Positions 23,220-37,177 of a DNA stretch of 64,000 nucleotides are shown one piece after another. The stretch's first letter is position 1. The number at the start of each line of letters is the position of its first letter. The notes beneath the pieces are model-generated. The model saw only the letters and a program-made list of their open reading frames with translations. It did no database searches and was not told where the DNA came from. The position numbers were made by a program, and so were the translations under genes. The stretch is taken from positions 24,552,001 through 24,616,000 of the forward strand of contig OZ116709.1 of the NCBI GenBank assembly GCA_964199315.1, written 5' to 3'. The DNA comes from Orbicella franksi. Taxonomy: Eukaryota.

Positions 23220-24867
23220 CCCCATTTGTTCAAAGGGTGGATGACGCGTGTACCACCGGACAACACACTACCTAGTGGTTAGTGCTATTTGTTTTGTGAA
23301 GTGGATGGGTATTTGTATAATGGATAAAATTATCCTCCCTTTGAACAACTGGGTCCTGATTTTCTTGCCCGAGGACATGACACAGTTACTACGGTCCTAT
23401 ACTACGGTCCGATACTACGTGTCCTCAATTAGTAGAGGGTTTCTTTTTTCCCATCGGCTAGATATAAAGACACGTTAATAAAGTTTATGTAAGTTTATGT
23501 ACGCACGGCCTGGGCTCGAAACCAGACATCTACATTCGGAGTCCAGGGCATGCGCGCTAACCATTACGCCATCGCGCTTCCCATGAAATGTTTAGTCGAA
23601 ATATTGGTCTTATTCTTTTTCAATACCCTTTCCATTTAAAATATAACTTTAACTGGTCAAGTTTGTTTTCGTTGGTTTTAAGATCAGTAAAAATTGAAGA
23701 ATGTTCTCGACTCCTGCAGTGACTAACGTTTTATGCGTGAGCAGCGTCTGTGAATATTTTGCGCTATGATCGTTTATGTCTTTACAACATAATTACTCTT
23801 TACTCCCGCGTGTTTTCGCCGGACTGATGGGGAGGTCAGTGTTTTATGAGGTGAGAACTTCGCCGATACATGTACATATTACGTAAAAGCTCTCTTCAAT
23901 CGAGGAGAAGAATTATTGAAAATGAACTTAAAATTTTCCCACATCGTATTTTAAATTTTCATGCTTGTTTATGATTGTTCCATCGTCGATTTTTACTTAC
24001 ACACTAATTTTCTGGAAAGGAGATATTAAACATTTTGTCAACAACTGAACAAAAAGCTTGAGAGTTTGACTGATTACGTTGGAACTATTTTATTAAAACG
24101 TTTATTGGTATAAAAAAGGAATACAATATTGGTACGCGTATGAGGCTGTTTATGTCGCATGTTGGTTCTACTACAGTTATCGAACAGTTCATTTATTCAA
24201 CACTAATTTAAAGTAGGTGAAAATGAAAAAGACGCCAACAACACCAAACGTACTGCTCGATGCTAAAACTATATTTTAGGCAGAATCACAGGCCGCAAAG
24301 TTTTGCAAACCGCTAAGATCAGATCTACTTCAAGTTTTAAAAAGAACGCTTTTCTTTTTTTTCTTCCTGGTATGCTTATCCAAACGTACAGCTCTTAAAC
24401 CTGTTCGCGGCGGGATGTGAAAACCAGTATCCTTGATGGCTATATTTTTTATTTCCTTGAAACACTATTTAATTGCCAGTCTTTAGCTAATGTAGATTTG
24501 AAAATTCACCTGCACATATACAAACATAAATATTACTGTACTGACGGTGTAATGAAAAGATTCCATAGAACTAGATACCAGGTAGTTATTCGTCCATCGT
24601 TAACAATAAGAAATAGCATAATCAGAAAAGGCTTACCCTGAAGATTTACAGAATGAGAAAATCGTAATTATAAAACTTTTTGAAAAGCAAAACACGGTCA
24701 ATGTATAGTGCGTCAGTTGCTGGGTGTCCCTGTGGTATGAGATACAGGTGGGACTGCGGTTTGCCAGTTGGCTCGGCGCCAGACCACAGCATCCATTTCG
24801 CAGGTGGCGATACGACTGCAGCAGTACTGAGAGCAGAAGATATTTCGTTTTAAAGCTTCAATTGACC

Positions 24868-26426
24868 ATGAAACAGGCTGAAAAAGTCTCCACGTATCCC
24901 AGCACTGGGGATCATATCTACGTCCTTCGTTCCTTGAGCTATACACATCATGGTAGGCAGTGTTTCCATTTTCCAACCTCTAAACGTAATACTGACGTTA
25001 ACGTTTGTCATTTAACATACAAATTGAATACAGTAATCAGAGCCACCATACACTTGGATAGTCAAAATTGCTTCGCGTTGGCAGTATGGGTATTTGATAT
25101 TTTTTCCACTTTAATTACAGAAAATGAAGTAACAACAAAAAAAACTCTGCGTGGTCCTCCTTTAGATGTGTTTCCACGGAAAAATGTCTGGCAGTTCAAA
25201 AATTGATTTAATTTGCTTGCTGAAACTTTATGTGCTATCCTTTAGCCGTGTTACAAAAGTAAAGTAGGATATTAACACAACAAGTATTTTTGAGCAATTT
25301 TGATTACAATGAGTTTGATGTGACTTCAAGAAAGCTGCCAGATAGTGATGTAGAGCGGTAACCAAACTAGCGCGGACACTGGAAAAGTTATACAGGACAC
25401 TAACCCATATGAAGCTATGTGACTTACTAATGTATTCAACTTTAAATTGCTTCAAAGAATTTAAGGATGTCTCCTGTCGCACCTCGGGACTTCACAGTCT
25501 TCAGTTAAATTCTTCAAACAGTTACTGCCAAACTTCAAAACCTCGCAACCTATTTTAGAAGAGGGTGGCAAAGAGTTTACGCGTGACTCAAGATGAGGGC
25601 AAAAATTACTGTGTGACGCGTGGGAAGTAACTAAAAGGTGCTTGAGTTTACGAAAAAAAAAAACATTTTTATCGGTAGCTCAAAGCATATCTGAGGCGTA
25701 AATTTTGTTAAAAGTCTTTCATGAAACTTGATCACACACCTTTCCCCCCCCTTCCCAACTCCTGCAAAACTCTTAGAATAGCCAGATAGCTAACTACCGG
25801 TTAACTCGAAATCTAATTCACCATGCAGATGCTTTTATCGATCGATGCAAGTACCCAACAAATAAATCCATTGTTTTTTTACTATAGACCTCTCGTTCTT
25901 TGTAACAGGTATCTACATGGGTGATAGCAAAGTGGTGCATTTTCAAACCCCTCTTGAAACAGGACGGATGGAAAGTTCGGAGATCGTAGAAAGCGATTTT
26001 CAAGAGTTCCTTGGACCTGAAAGCTCAGACTGGTACTTGTATAAATACGGCGCGACTGAGGAAGAATTCAGCGGAAATCCGCGTGGGACATGCACAACTA
26101 GACACAGTGAAGAGCTGGAAACTGTGCTTGAACGCGCGCGCCTGGCATTGCGGGAAGGATTTGGGCAGTTCAATATAGTGGGTAGTAACTGCGAGGACTT
26201 TGCTTTGTACTGCAAGACGGGACAGCGATCCCAGACCAGCGGTCAGTACTTATCAGCCATGCGCAGAATAGAGGCCGCTCGCCAGGCTGCAGCTACTGGT
26301 TACAAGAGTCCTATAGTGTACGCTGGCTGTGTCTTGGGCTGGTTCACAGCCAAGGATTTTGGAATAAACTCCGAAAGTTCAACAAACGATGAGAAAGGTG
26401 AAGAAATGCCATTGAAAAGCAAGTAG
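24868..26426 (+). CDS. LRAT/NC-domain (permuted NlpC/P60) protein, plant PSE1-like, 200 aa
   Basis: Exons 24868-24952 and 25909-26426 (603 nt, phase-1 GT-AG intron). Motifs GDHIY, YTHHGIYMGD, VVHF and NCEDFALYCKTG; catalytic His/His/Cys are intact. An upstream exon cannot be excluded. Confidence 0.85.
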
Positions 26427-27857
26427 GGTTAATATAACTCTACACCCGCATGGTTGAATAGTAACCATGATGGCGAACTGAAGTTGGAATGTCTCAACTG
26501 AATGAAATTCAGATTAAAGAAGGACTCCATCAGAAGTTCGAATAACAAGTGGACAAAAACTTTGTACCGAGATTATTTACTCTGTATTACAAACTTCTAT
26601 CGGACTGTTTTAAACATCTTCTAAAAATGTCGAAAACAAATTTTGAAGTTCAAATGAAACACTTGAAAGTGCTGCTGAAATGAAACTGATGATGACATTT
26701 TACCAGTGATTGCACAATTTCCCTGAACTTTGAAACTTATTTTCTCGAGTTCTCATGGGAAATTGTTTTCGATGTTATCTCAGACAACGATTTATACAGT
26801 ATATTTAGCTTTAAGAAAATGTAAAAAGGCCTGTAAATACCTGAAATTATTCTGGTACAAGATTTCTGTCCATTAAAAACTGAAATTGCTCGATTTCTTA
26901 TCGGATTTCGCCTTAATTTCGCACACAAACACAGCCAACTGACGTCACCAGAAAACTACATGAAAGTGAATATTACCAAGCAACGAATACCACGTTACCT
27001 GTTTGTCAGCAGGCTTGCTGATGATCAAGAGTGATGGAAACTTGACAAATAGGATTAACAATAAAATACACTACTATACCACACGGAGCGACTGAAGAAC
27101 AAGTTTATTTGATAAATAATTGTAATTTTACGATAATTCAACATCTTATTGACTTTATGTCTCAGTTCTTGGTACGTGACACGATTTTGCCTGGCCTCAC
27201 ACCGACCTGATCGCTTCACTCCCAAGCTCGGTACTGAATTTTATACATTTTCAAGTTTAATTCTTGCTGAGACAATTTCATTTTAGATCAATATTATTCT
27301 TTTTTTACTAGGTTCGATTTCCACCGCTCCCATTTTCCCAAACAGCGGTTGAAACACTAGCCTAGTTTTTACCCTGATATTTTTTCCTCTTTTTCGTAAC
27401 TAGCCTTCTTGAATTTGTAATAAAAAGGTAAAGACAAAAGTTAGCAAAAAATTACATAACGTCAACGGTTCATAACTACTACTCATTCTGAGCCGTCCCG
27501 AGTGGCATGAAACTTCACTGAAGCCGAGTTGTTATAAATTTTTCGGGAACACAGCCTCCTGTAATAAATCGTTCACCATTCCTACACTATTGTCGCAAAT
27601 CTTTTTCCTTCAACATTTTCTTGCCACGCTCCTTTCCTCAAGTACTCCAGAGTCTCTACCCTTTTTTGTAAAATGTACGCGCTTTTACTCAGCCAAATTA
27701 TCCGTGAGTCAAGACCATAGGTTACAGAACTCAAGAAGCATCTTTAGATTAATTTCTTCCGTATTTACAAAGGTATTCAAGAAAGATAAGCTGCCACAAG
27801 GATTTGCCTCTGACTGGCTGTGTTCGTTTGTTTGTTTGTTTTCAACAGCACAATGGG

Positions 27858-30800
27858 TTATGAACTCTGAAAGAGAAATAACACATGACTATTCAGTTTG
27901 CATTTCACGTGAACCTGCTCTTTCCAGTAAACACATTCTCGGTGGCTTAGTGAAATGTGAGAAAAAAAACCTCTCCCGCAGTACTTACAGGCCTTCATAG
28001 CAAGGTAGGAATCTAACTGCTCCTGCATGGCTATAGCTAGAACATCACGATCAGCCTGAAAACGAATGACGCATAAGCAAACAAGACCAATAATCACGGA
28101 AAACAATCGGGAAAGATCTCTGGCGGAAAGCGTCTTAAAAAATTACGGACGTGATAGGAGCCATGTCACAAAAAAGTCCTAAAATTCAATTTTAAACTTT
28201 GTTCAAGTTTGTAGTTAGCTACCTTGTTTACGAGTCCACATCTGATCAAATCATCGGCCAGATCTCCTCCCTTGTCACCTGTAAACCAAACAGCATTAAA
28301 AGTTTTCTTTGTTTACAGCACAGCAGTTTAGATGACTTTCAACCTATCAGAGCAGGCGTTATATCATTGAGAGTTTATTACAGAGAATATTGTACCTGGA
28401 CGTATATCACACATAAGATGTCTATTCATCTTGTCATCCAACTTGAGAAGTAGTTCCAACTGTGAAAGGAAACCAGCACTTCAGATATTAGTCATAAAAG
28501 AATTTTGAATTCCTTTGGGTCGGTCGTGTTGGTATTGCTGGTAATCTACTGTGATGGTTTGACGTTTTACAAACAAAGAATATCCTATCCTACATCTCTT
28601 TATGCCATAAGGCACATAAGGCTTTAAAATACAAAGAATATATGAAACTTTATCTGCATGCCGATTTTGAATTTCCAGCATCCGAATCAGGCTATAGAAA
28701 CCTCTGATCCTTCAATGAGTTTTACATGAACGTTCTGATGTTCAAACAAAATCGTTTTTCAGTGTCATTTGACAATCTCTGCCCTGCATCCGAATTTTAA
28801 CACACCGATCTTGGTAGGATACTTTGGTACAATGATTAACGCTTCTTATGATGAGTATACGATGCAAGAAACACTGGATAGTAAGAAGTTTTGGCCATAG
28901 ATGCGATCAGGTGCAAAACGTCGATTTGAATTCTAAGGCAAATCACTGACCAAACTGATTTTATCACTTGCTGCTCTCTCCCTTCTGAGTTACTCACTGA
29001 CCTGGCTTTGGTATTTACTATCTCCACCCTCCTGAGGCATCATTTTGATGTGACATTTATTTATGATTGCCTGTTAACAACAACAGTAACAAAGGAAAAA
29101 TTCAAACAAGATCCTAAGCCATAAAGCCAACCACTGTTCATCATTTGCCAGCTACAGTGTCGCTGTCCACACGAGGCTCTGATAGTCTTGCTAAAAAAAA
29201 TGCCTGAAGCAATTTTGTACCAACTTGTGTCACCAACAAAAAAGATTTCAGTAACCTGTTTCAGGCATACACGCTTATTCAGTGTTTTTCTTTTTGCTGC
29301 TCTCCTGCGTGGCAGGCGTTCAAATGGGAGGGACAGTGGGAAACAGAAGCGCGAAGTGAGATTGGAGGGAGAGGGAACCCCTCCGTCCCCCTCTGATCAT
29401 GCTTTGCGCTTCTTTGGACAAAAGATGAATTTTACCCTTCTTGTTTCTTCATCATAGTGATCATCTTTTTCATTTAGTACAGACTCCACATCTTCAGGAG
29501 ACTTGGGTCTACAACATCAACACAACACTCATGATTACCTTTCTCTGCAGTTCAAATATATGATCCCTCATATATTCACTTGTAACAATCAATCTATCAA
29601 CCACTCTTATAAAAACTTAATAAATAAATGGTAAAGTTTAGACCTTTTAACAGCTTGTAGGGGGCTGTGTACAACTAAAAATTCAAAAAGATAAATAGGA
29701 TGTATGAAGAATAAGTTCTCTCTAGGATTGGTAAAAAGGTGAAGACTGCATTCGAGCCAAGTGGCCCATCAGGCCAGCGCTTTTCTCCAGTTTCAGTGCC
29801 ATGAAACCTGGATGGGATGCTAGTCCGTTGCAGGGTTACTCCCAGCATAATATTTGCTGGTACCCATTTACACACCTGGGTGGAGAGGCACGGTGAGAGT
29901 TAAGCGTCTTGCCCTAAAACACAACACAATGTCCCCGGCCGGGGCTCGAGCCCAGACCGTTTGATATGGAGGCGAGTGAACTACCCATGAGGCCACCATG
30001 CCTCTCTAGGATTGGTGACAAGGATAATTCATTAAAAGTAATGAATATCAGTAAGGAGAATTTTGGGGTTGATCAGTCAACACCAACCTTTGTCTTGGTC
30101 TTGATTCTTTTCTTTGTTGCATTCCAGTCAGAGGAAAAAGGCCATTTCTAAATAAAGATATACACAACAATTTCTGTTTTTATGTAAAACACACCCCCAG
30201 ATAAAATTTCCGAGATATTAAGATCTCCAGTTAAACAAATAAATATTATTATGGGTTGATTTACCCTGTGCCCAGTCCTGTAACCCCTGTTTGTATCTTG
30301 AGAACCAGTATATAACAAGCCTTGTACCTTCTAGTAATATATTTTCTATAATCATTATGGCAGATAAGCTTAACAAAACTTGACCACATTTTAAGTACCG
30401 GTATTTGATTTTTCTATGACTCACCTTACTTCTTCCAAATACTTCTCAAGTTCCAGAGCAGGAGATTTGCCTCGTCTAAAAACCCAGAAAACATAAGAAG
30501 TTAAATTATGAACAAACAATATTTCTGATTGACTATGAAACCTCTCAAGGCTTACAAGATGTGCCATACATTGTAACTCTACCCCTCCTCTAAGCTATAT
30601 AATATACTCTCACTATCATATCGCAGTCATTATCTTACTTCCAATTTTGATCCTTTCCAATGACAGCCAGCACTCTCTCTGGATCAGTATCTTCACCCTT
30701 GTCGGGAGGAGACACTGAAAAACAATATTGTTGACAGAATAAGACCAAAATCACTAACCATGATCAGAAGACTCTTTGCAAAAATGTTCTGGCCACTAAT

Positions 30801-33800
30801 CAACCTTCAATGCTTACTTTATGCAAACACAAGTAAGCCAAGAAAAAAAATGTGAAAATCTGTGAAAAATACAAACAATTTTAAGCCAGAATAATGTTTG
30901 TACTAAAACCATCCTTACCATCATTGTCCACCATACAGTGAGCTGACAACAACTTGAGTGAATGAACCTAAACCAAACAAGGAGCAAACCATCAGTATAA
31001 ACAATCAGTGAGTAAACAATGGAACCACGCCTTATGACCACCCTTACATGTATATGGCCACCATGTTAGTATGGCCACTCATTTCTGGCTCTCAAAAAAT
31101 GCCTAGTCAGTCACTTAACCCCGCTCCTTAATTCAGTGACATATTATTGTGATCATACTGTGGTTATCTTGAAACCCTTTTTTTTCTGTAACATATTTCT
31201 TTGTCAAGATTCATTTGCTTTCTTAGGAGCTTTCTTTCAATGAAAGTTTGTACATGTAGTTAAAACCAGTCACCAAAAAGAAAAAAATGGTCGAGAGCCA
31301 ACTTTGGCTTTCCAAATCCTAACTAACCATTCATTCTAAACTTACCACAAACAAGCCCGGATGCAATAACAAGTCCCTTGCAGTAGGTCTTTCAGCAGGA
31401 TTTTCAGCCAAACACCTCCGTATAAAATCCTGTTGATATACAGTGCAAGTGTCACTAAGACCTTAGAGTATTAGAGGAATTTCATGGACCTGACAAGATG
31501 TTTGAAAAAACCCCAGAAAGTACTGTCTGATCACTTGTAAAGATGTACAAGCCTTAGGGTGTAACGATCATTGCTACTTCTACTACTACCGCATTTTCTC
31601 GATTAAACACCCCTGGTGTTTATTTTAAACTTGACTTGCAGTTTATTCGAGCATGGAGTTTATTAGAGTTTTTATTCACTATTTTTAGAGCTTTAAAATA
31701 TCTTATAATAATATTATACCTTAAGCTTACTATAACTCGAATAGAAATCCTTGAGGGTCTTATTTATGAATCCGTGTGTGAGACCCAGCGTTTATTTGAG
31801 ACCCGGTGTTTGATTGAGAAAATATGGTAGGTCCTCAAATACTATCTAACATTACTCTAAGTCAACTCACAAATAATCAGACAACATTTGTTGTACTTGT
31901 ACCTTTTGGTGTGGTTGTTCTAATCCATCAATAGCTTTGTAGATATTTTCTCGTAACACTGGCCCGTCGGTGTCATGCAGTTCTAAAGCTGCCATCTGTA
32001 AGATGCCACATTTGCAATGTCCATTGGTTGAAAAGAAAATACTGAATAACTCCTTTAATAAGACTGACAGAACAGAGCAGGGCATGGACTCACAGAGATT
32101 CTAATTCAACAGCTTCATTTGATTTTTTCATGGTACATGTGGTACTTCTTATTAACTGCCATATTCATTCTTCATACGCAACTGATGATAGATCAAGTAA
32201 CATTTGAAACATGTTTTGTTGTCCTTAAAAGTACTGATCACAGTTTTCTGAGAACATAACTCCATAATCTATATACTGACAAGAATTACCTCAAGTGCAC
32301 ATATCCCAAAAGCATAAATATCAACTGCACAGTCAATGACATGTCCAGGTTTTCCTGCAAGTAAAAATGTACAATCAAATTAAAACTGATTGTGAAATAA
32401 TTTACCCTGTGCTCCAAATTTGGCTTATTTTACAAAACTATAAAAGTAAACTACTGCCACATCACAATGTCAGCAACGGTAACTGCCACTGATGTTACAA
32501 TGTTTTTTTCAGTCCAAAAATTGAAATTTAAGTTCTCATCACTTTACTGAAAAAATATCCACTATTTTTTACTTTCTGCTATAATGGTAAATAAATAAAA
32601 ATAAATAAATAAATAAATAATAGGAATTTGCAGTGGCACATTCCGCATTCTTCTGCAGAGCAGACCCTCTTTGTCTACTGTTTCCAGGTTGAACTGTGTA
32701 GTTCCAGAAAATGCTCATGCCTCACCCCTTCCCATCCCTCTGAAAATTCCAATTAAGCTTCATACATTTCTTTACATTTTTTGGTCTTAAAGACCCCCCC
32801 CCCCCCCAACCCCAGGAAATTCCAGCCCTTTTTGTGACAGGGGGGAGGGAGGGGGGAGTATGGATATTTTCTGGAACTGCACATTGAAATTTAGAAGTGT
32901 TGGTTTTTTTTGTTGAGGGATGAAAACCAGGGAAACTAGAGAAAAACCCCGTGGTTAGTTCCAAAGTTAGAGTTAAGAATCTGAACACTTGATCACTTCC
33001 TGGACTGACAAAAACCTTAAATGCTATAATTATTTAAAGCAGACTGGAGTAAAATACCATATTCTGGGGCAATAAAATGCATATTCCGCCTTTCGTCTCG
33101 ATAAGTCTTGACATGGTTATGAATGGTGTCAGGAGCAACTAGAAAAGTAACATGAAAACGTGATTAGCTGAGGGCATCAAGCCCTCATGATCAGACGTCC
33201 AGGTATTTGAGCATAGCCATGTGATAAGGCCACATTCATCATCAGTGCATTGTGTTTTAGAGTGCTCAGTGCAGTTGACTACACCTCACTCTCAAGGTTA
33301 AAATTATGAGGAGCCCAAACATTCCTATGTGCCCAGCACTTAAGCTTATATGGAAAACGGAAGTTTTTTCAGTTGCTTAAAGGAAAAAGTTAGTCACCTG
33401 TGGCACCTGGGTGCTCCTAGAGCACAGCCCTGCAAGGTGCATAGCTCCAAGTTTAGCCGAGCTGTGATTTTAAATACATCCTGTTGACCCGTTTGAGAAA
33501 TGCAAAAAAAAAAAAGTGTGCATGTCACTGAATGGAGAGGGTAAACTGCAATGGCATAGCTGCCTTGTCATTGTGCCATTGTGCGATTGTGCAATTGTGC
33601 GAATGATGCTCTAAACACCTTATGCTTAAAAAACACAATTCACCAAACAATGCTGGGGTGGATCTGGAAGGGGTGGGGCATCAAATCCTCTACATTAAAA
33701 ACAAATGAGACATTGTATGACACGCTTACTTGGCTTCAGAATGCTGGAAATCCCATTTCTGAGGAACTCAATTTTAAGAATTTTCCAGCGAGAAAAATGG

Positions 33801-34178
33801 CTCCAGACCCCCCCTACTGACTTTGGCAGTCCATGTCACAAAGTCCCTTCTCTAAATTCCTGTGTCCACCTCAGCAATAAGACAAGTTTGAATTCTGGAT
33901 TGGTTACAGCCTAGTTAGCTACATCTTACTATGTATGACATAATGCACATTACCAGATCCAATCTTGATCAGCCCATTGTGCTGGATAAATATTGTATCA
34001 CAGGACAAGTTCCCATGAACAATGGGTGTGTCACAGCCATGGAGATAGCTGCAAGAAAAATAGTGACAATACAAGACTGTTAGTAGAAAATGAATGTGGA
34101 GTGAATTCAATACTACCAATGTGAGTTATTATTTCTTAAAGGCTTGTGTAATAATAAAATGTGTATAAATATTGTTGA

Positions 34179-34237
<59 letters not shown>

Positions 34238-36870
34238 TGAGTTATTATTTCTTAAAGGTTTGTGTAATAATAAAATGTGTATAAATAATATTCACTAACT
34301 GAGTTTTGGATAAAGAAGTATCATTTGAAATGGACCTTTACCTCAAAGCTGACAAAATTTGTCGTAACCATCTTTTCCACACCTATAATGAAATGATTTG
34401 AAAACAAAAACTAACAGTAAGTGACCTGACAAGAGAAATATTGTATCAAGTAAACTATTTCTTTATCAATTGGTTGGCTGCATTACAAATGGCCCATAGT
34501 GAAATATACTTTGTTGGTCAAAATGCTCCCAGAGTATGTAAATTTGCATACTTTTGTAATGTGTACAGAGACTACTCAGATCTTGAGTACAAACGGAATT
34601 TAATACAGGTTTGTTTTGTAGGCCAATAGGAAGTTGGCCCACTCATCAGTTGACTTCCATAAACACAGAAGCCTACTAAAATACACATCAACAATGTGAT
34701 TGTGCAAGATGCACTAAACCGTTTACAACAAAACATTGTTACAAAACATTGTAAAAAAAAGTTACAATCAATCATTGCATGTTCGCATGAACTTAAAATG
34801 AACTTTAAAACTAATGTGCGCACTACAAATATTTGTGTTTTTTATTTCTCCACTTGAAGATTTGAACACTGTATTGTTAAAAACAAAGTGCAGTGAAAGG
34901 AACATGGAAAGGGTATCTTGGAGAACCTCTGGAGTTTTAAATTTCTGGTTGGGGGCATGCCATTACACTCCCTTGTATTTCTTTACCTATTGCATGTATA
35001 TATACAGCCCCCTGTTTCTGAATTTCTGGATGTGCCTCTGGAAGGAATTTAGCCCGAAAATAATTACTTAAATGAAAGACTTTTTATCTGTAAGATTGTA
35101 AATCAAAATTGATACCTTTTCATTCAATGTCTTATAATTACTCTTTCGCGTCTTCTTCAGGAACTGTTTCAGCGAACCAGATGTCATGTATTCAGTGATA
35201 AAGATGACGCGAGGTTTTTCAGACCTGGTATCCGTCCAGAACTTATGGAATTTAACAATGTTTGCATGCTATCAAATGTAAAACAAAATGAATACATAAG
35301 TGAGGATGTCTTCCCAAAAATGAATACCCTTGTTCAATATTTTATTGCAATGTGCAGTTCTAGAATGTATCCACACCCACCTCAAGGAACATTCACGAAG
35401 ATTCCAAGGGGGAGGGGGGTCTCAAAGTCAAAACTTTTAAAGGAAAGTATGAGGCTAAACCAAAATTTCCGGGGGGTTGGACGGGAATTCAAACTAAAAA
35501 CTTCTTCATGGGACTGGTATGGATACTTACTGGAACAACACAATGGCTTAGTGTGCCAAGCTTCATGCATTTCAGTGTATTTTCAACAGACTTGTAAGTT
35601 ACTGACTCATTTGTCAATAAAGAATGCCAAAACGAATCAATCAAAGATCTGATTTATATATTATGTACAAGAGCTTCCAGTATGGAGTCAAGGGTTTCAT
35701 TTCAATACTTACATCCAGTTGAATCAGATTTTCAAAGACAGCTTTCACATTTTCCTATACAAAAAAAACAACAACAACAAAAAAACATGATTCATGGATA
35801 AATTACTTTAAAAATGTTTTGTTCAGACCATCACTGAGTAGCAAATGGCACCATGAAACAAAAGCCAGAACATCTGTGTTCACAGGCTACCAACAAGCCT
35901 GTTGGTATAAAAATTACTATAATGGGCAGGGAGTCAATTTTTATACTACTGATTTCTCAAGGGCAGTTCAAGTGTGTATATTATAAGAAGCAAGACAGAT
36001 AGCTGAATTTTTTCTGAAGGAGATTATTGGATTTTTATTAAATCGACTGCAGAGGGAAACAACAAGGTAGAAAAGGGCAGGTCACTTGCATGTATATACT
36101 TCTTGAACATAGGAAATTTTTTGACAAAAATTCAATACCTCTTGACTCTTGAAGGATTTCCTTTCAGAAAACTGCACTTCATTCCAAACCACCTCGACTC
36201 CTTCTTCTGTGTCCATGGCTAAGAATGAATGATCAATGCCTGGGACATCCCTCTGCATTACCTTAATAACAGCCGCAGATAAAAATATGAATATCAACAG
36301 ACATTAAAGAACTGATCCACCTACAGATAAGCAGCCACTCTTGCAAAAGAAGAGGAGTACACACTGGAAAGATGAACACCTTTAGGATGTCCGTGTCTGT
36401 ATATGGCTTGAAATATGACAAACTGTCTGTCTTTCATAGGAAAGTAATTTGACAACGAAATCTTAAAAATTCCCTTAAAAACTCTGCATTGATAAACTTA
36501 TTTCTCGCAAGTGTTTTAGGCTTAAATATGGCGGATTTTCACTGCAAAAAGAGATCAAACTAGCAAGCAGTGCTATATGTGTTGATCCCATTGTGAAGCT
36601 GGTTGAAAACGCAAGTTGAGAAAAATTAATCAATTCTTAAAAAAAACCAAACATACACTGACGACAGAATTTAGTTAGGTTTTATGACTGGGAGAGAATC
36701 TTATCTATCCAGTTCTAATACCATACCGGCATATTGCTTACCTCTTGCCTTCGCTTCTCCCATCGTCCACAAGGACTCTGCTCGACTACATCGTCATCAT
36801 CATCCTCACTTTCGTCTCCAGAATGTTCAAGATGAACCTCAATGGTACCAAGTGTGAGATTGTTGGCCAT
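27858..36870 (-). CDS. NRBP1: Nuclear receptor-binding protein (NRBP pseudokinase)
   Basis: Phase-consistent exons: 36742-36870, 36139-36261, 35713-35754, 35116-35268, 34342-34382, 33954-34048, 33058-33138, 32290-32354, 31903-31995, 31346-31429, 30919-30967, 30639-30714, 30425-30475, 30088-30147, 29436-29508, 29002-29070, 28396-28459, 28223-28278, then from 28055 (3' end uncertain: stop at 27858, or splice at 27989). Diagnostic peptides: SPCGRW, FLAMDTEEGVEVVWNEVQFSERK, HGNLSCDTIFIQHNGLIKIGSVAPD, SLKLLSAHC, LLLKLDDKMNRHL. Confidence 0.95.
29744..30004 (-). mobile_element. tRNA-derived SINE (same family as 40618-40913 and 49451-49746)
   Basis: Shared core CACCTGGGTGGAGAG..GTGAGAGT.AAG.GTCTTGCCC.A.AACACAACACA.TGTC.CC.GCC.GGGCT.GA. 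Confidence 0.85.
32696..32883. mobile_element. Palindromic GC-tract MITE (GTTCCAGAAAATATCCATACC...GGTATGGATATTTTCTGGAAC); relatives ~35365-35540, 54850-55056, 63440-63632
   Basis: Inverted termini and poly-G/poly-C tracts are shared by four copies. Confidence 0.75.
34177..34237. repeat. (ATT)n microsatellite
   Basis: Direct reading. Confidence 0.95.
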
Positions 36871-37177
36871 TTCGGTATTTTACCTGAGACAATTAACGGA
36901 TGCCACAACACTTTCACTCAAACATGGCCGACTGTGGAACTAGCAACACTCCTCTGTGTGTGTTACATTACGTACTTATTGAGGTTTGAGTTAACGGCTG
37001 ACCGTCAAGGTGGTTGTACGAACGATTGAACGGCTCGTATTTCTGGATGGTGCGGATTTCCCCAGGGTGATGGCCATAAAAATATTTGTCTTTCTTCCAA
37101 CGACACGTTCAGACATACAGTTCTGAAGAAGAGAGATTGCAGGCAGACTTTTTGCTTCATCCCGTTACATTTTCCGT
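36871..37177. promoter_or_regulatory. Probable bidirectional promoter / 5' UTR region of NRBP1 and the syntaxin
   Basis: The NRBP ATG at 36870 points left. A plus-strand donor (CCGT/GTAAGA, ~37177) plausibly ends a non-coding syntaxin exon that splices to the acceptor at 38249. The region is CpG-richer than the flanking introns. Confidence 0.5.

Noticed and set aside
24724-25206. 160-aa ORF as a stand-alone gene
   Set aside because: Only 24868-24952 is LRAT exon 1; the rest is 5' flank and intron read-through.
29120-29190. Possible extra NRBP exon
   Set aside because: The phase-0 frame hits a stop, and flanking exons 29436 and 29070 already join in frame.
33190-33255. C/D snoRNA candidate (ATGATGA...CTGA, minus strand, NRBP intron)
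   Set aside because: No terminal stem, short spacing and no recognisable rRNA/snRNA antisense element.
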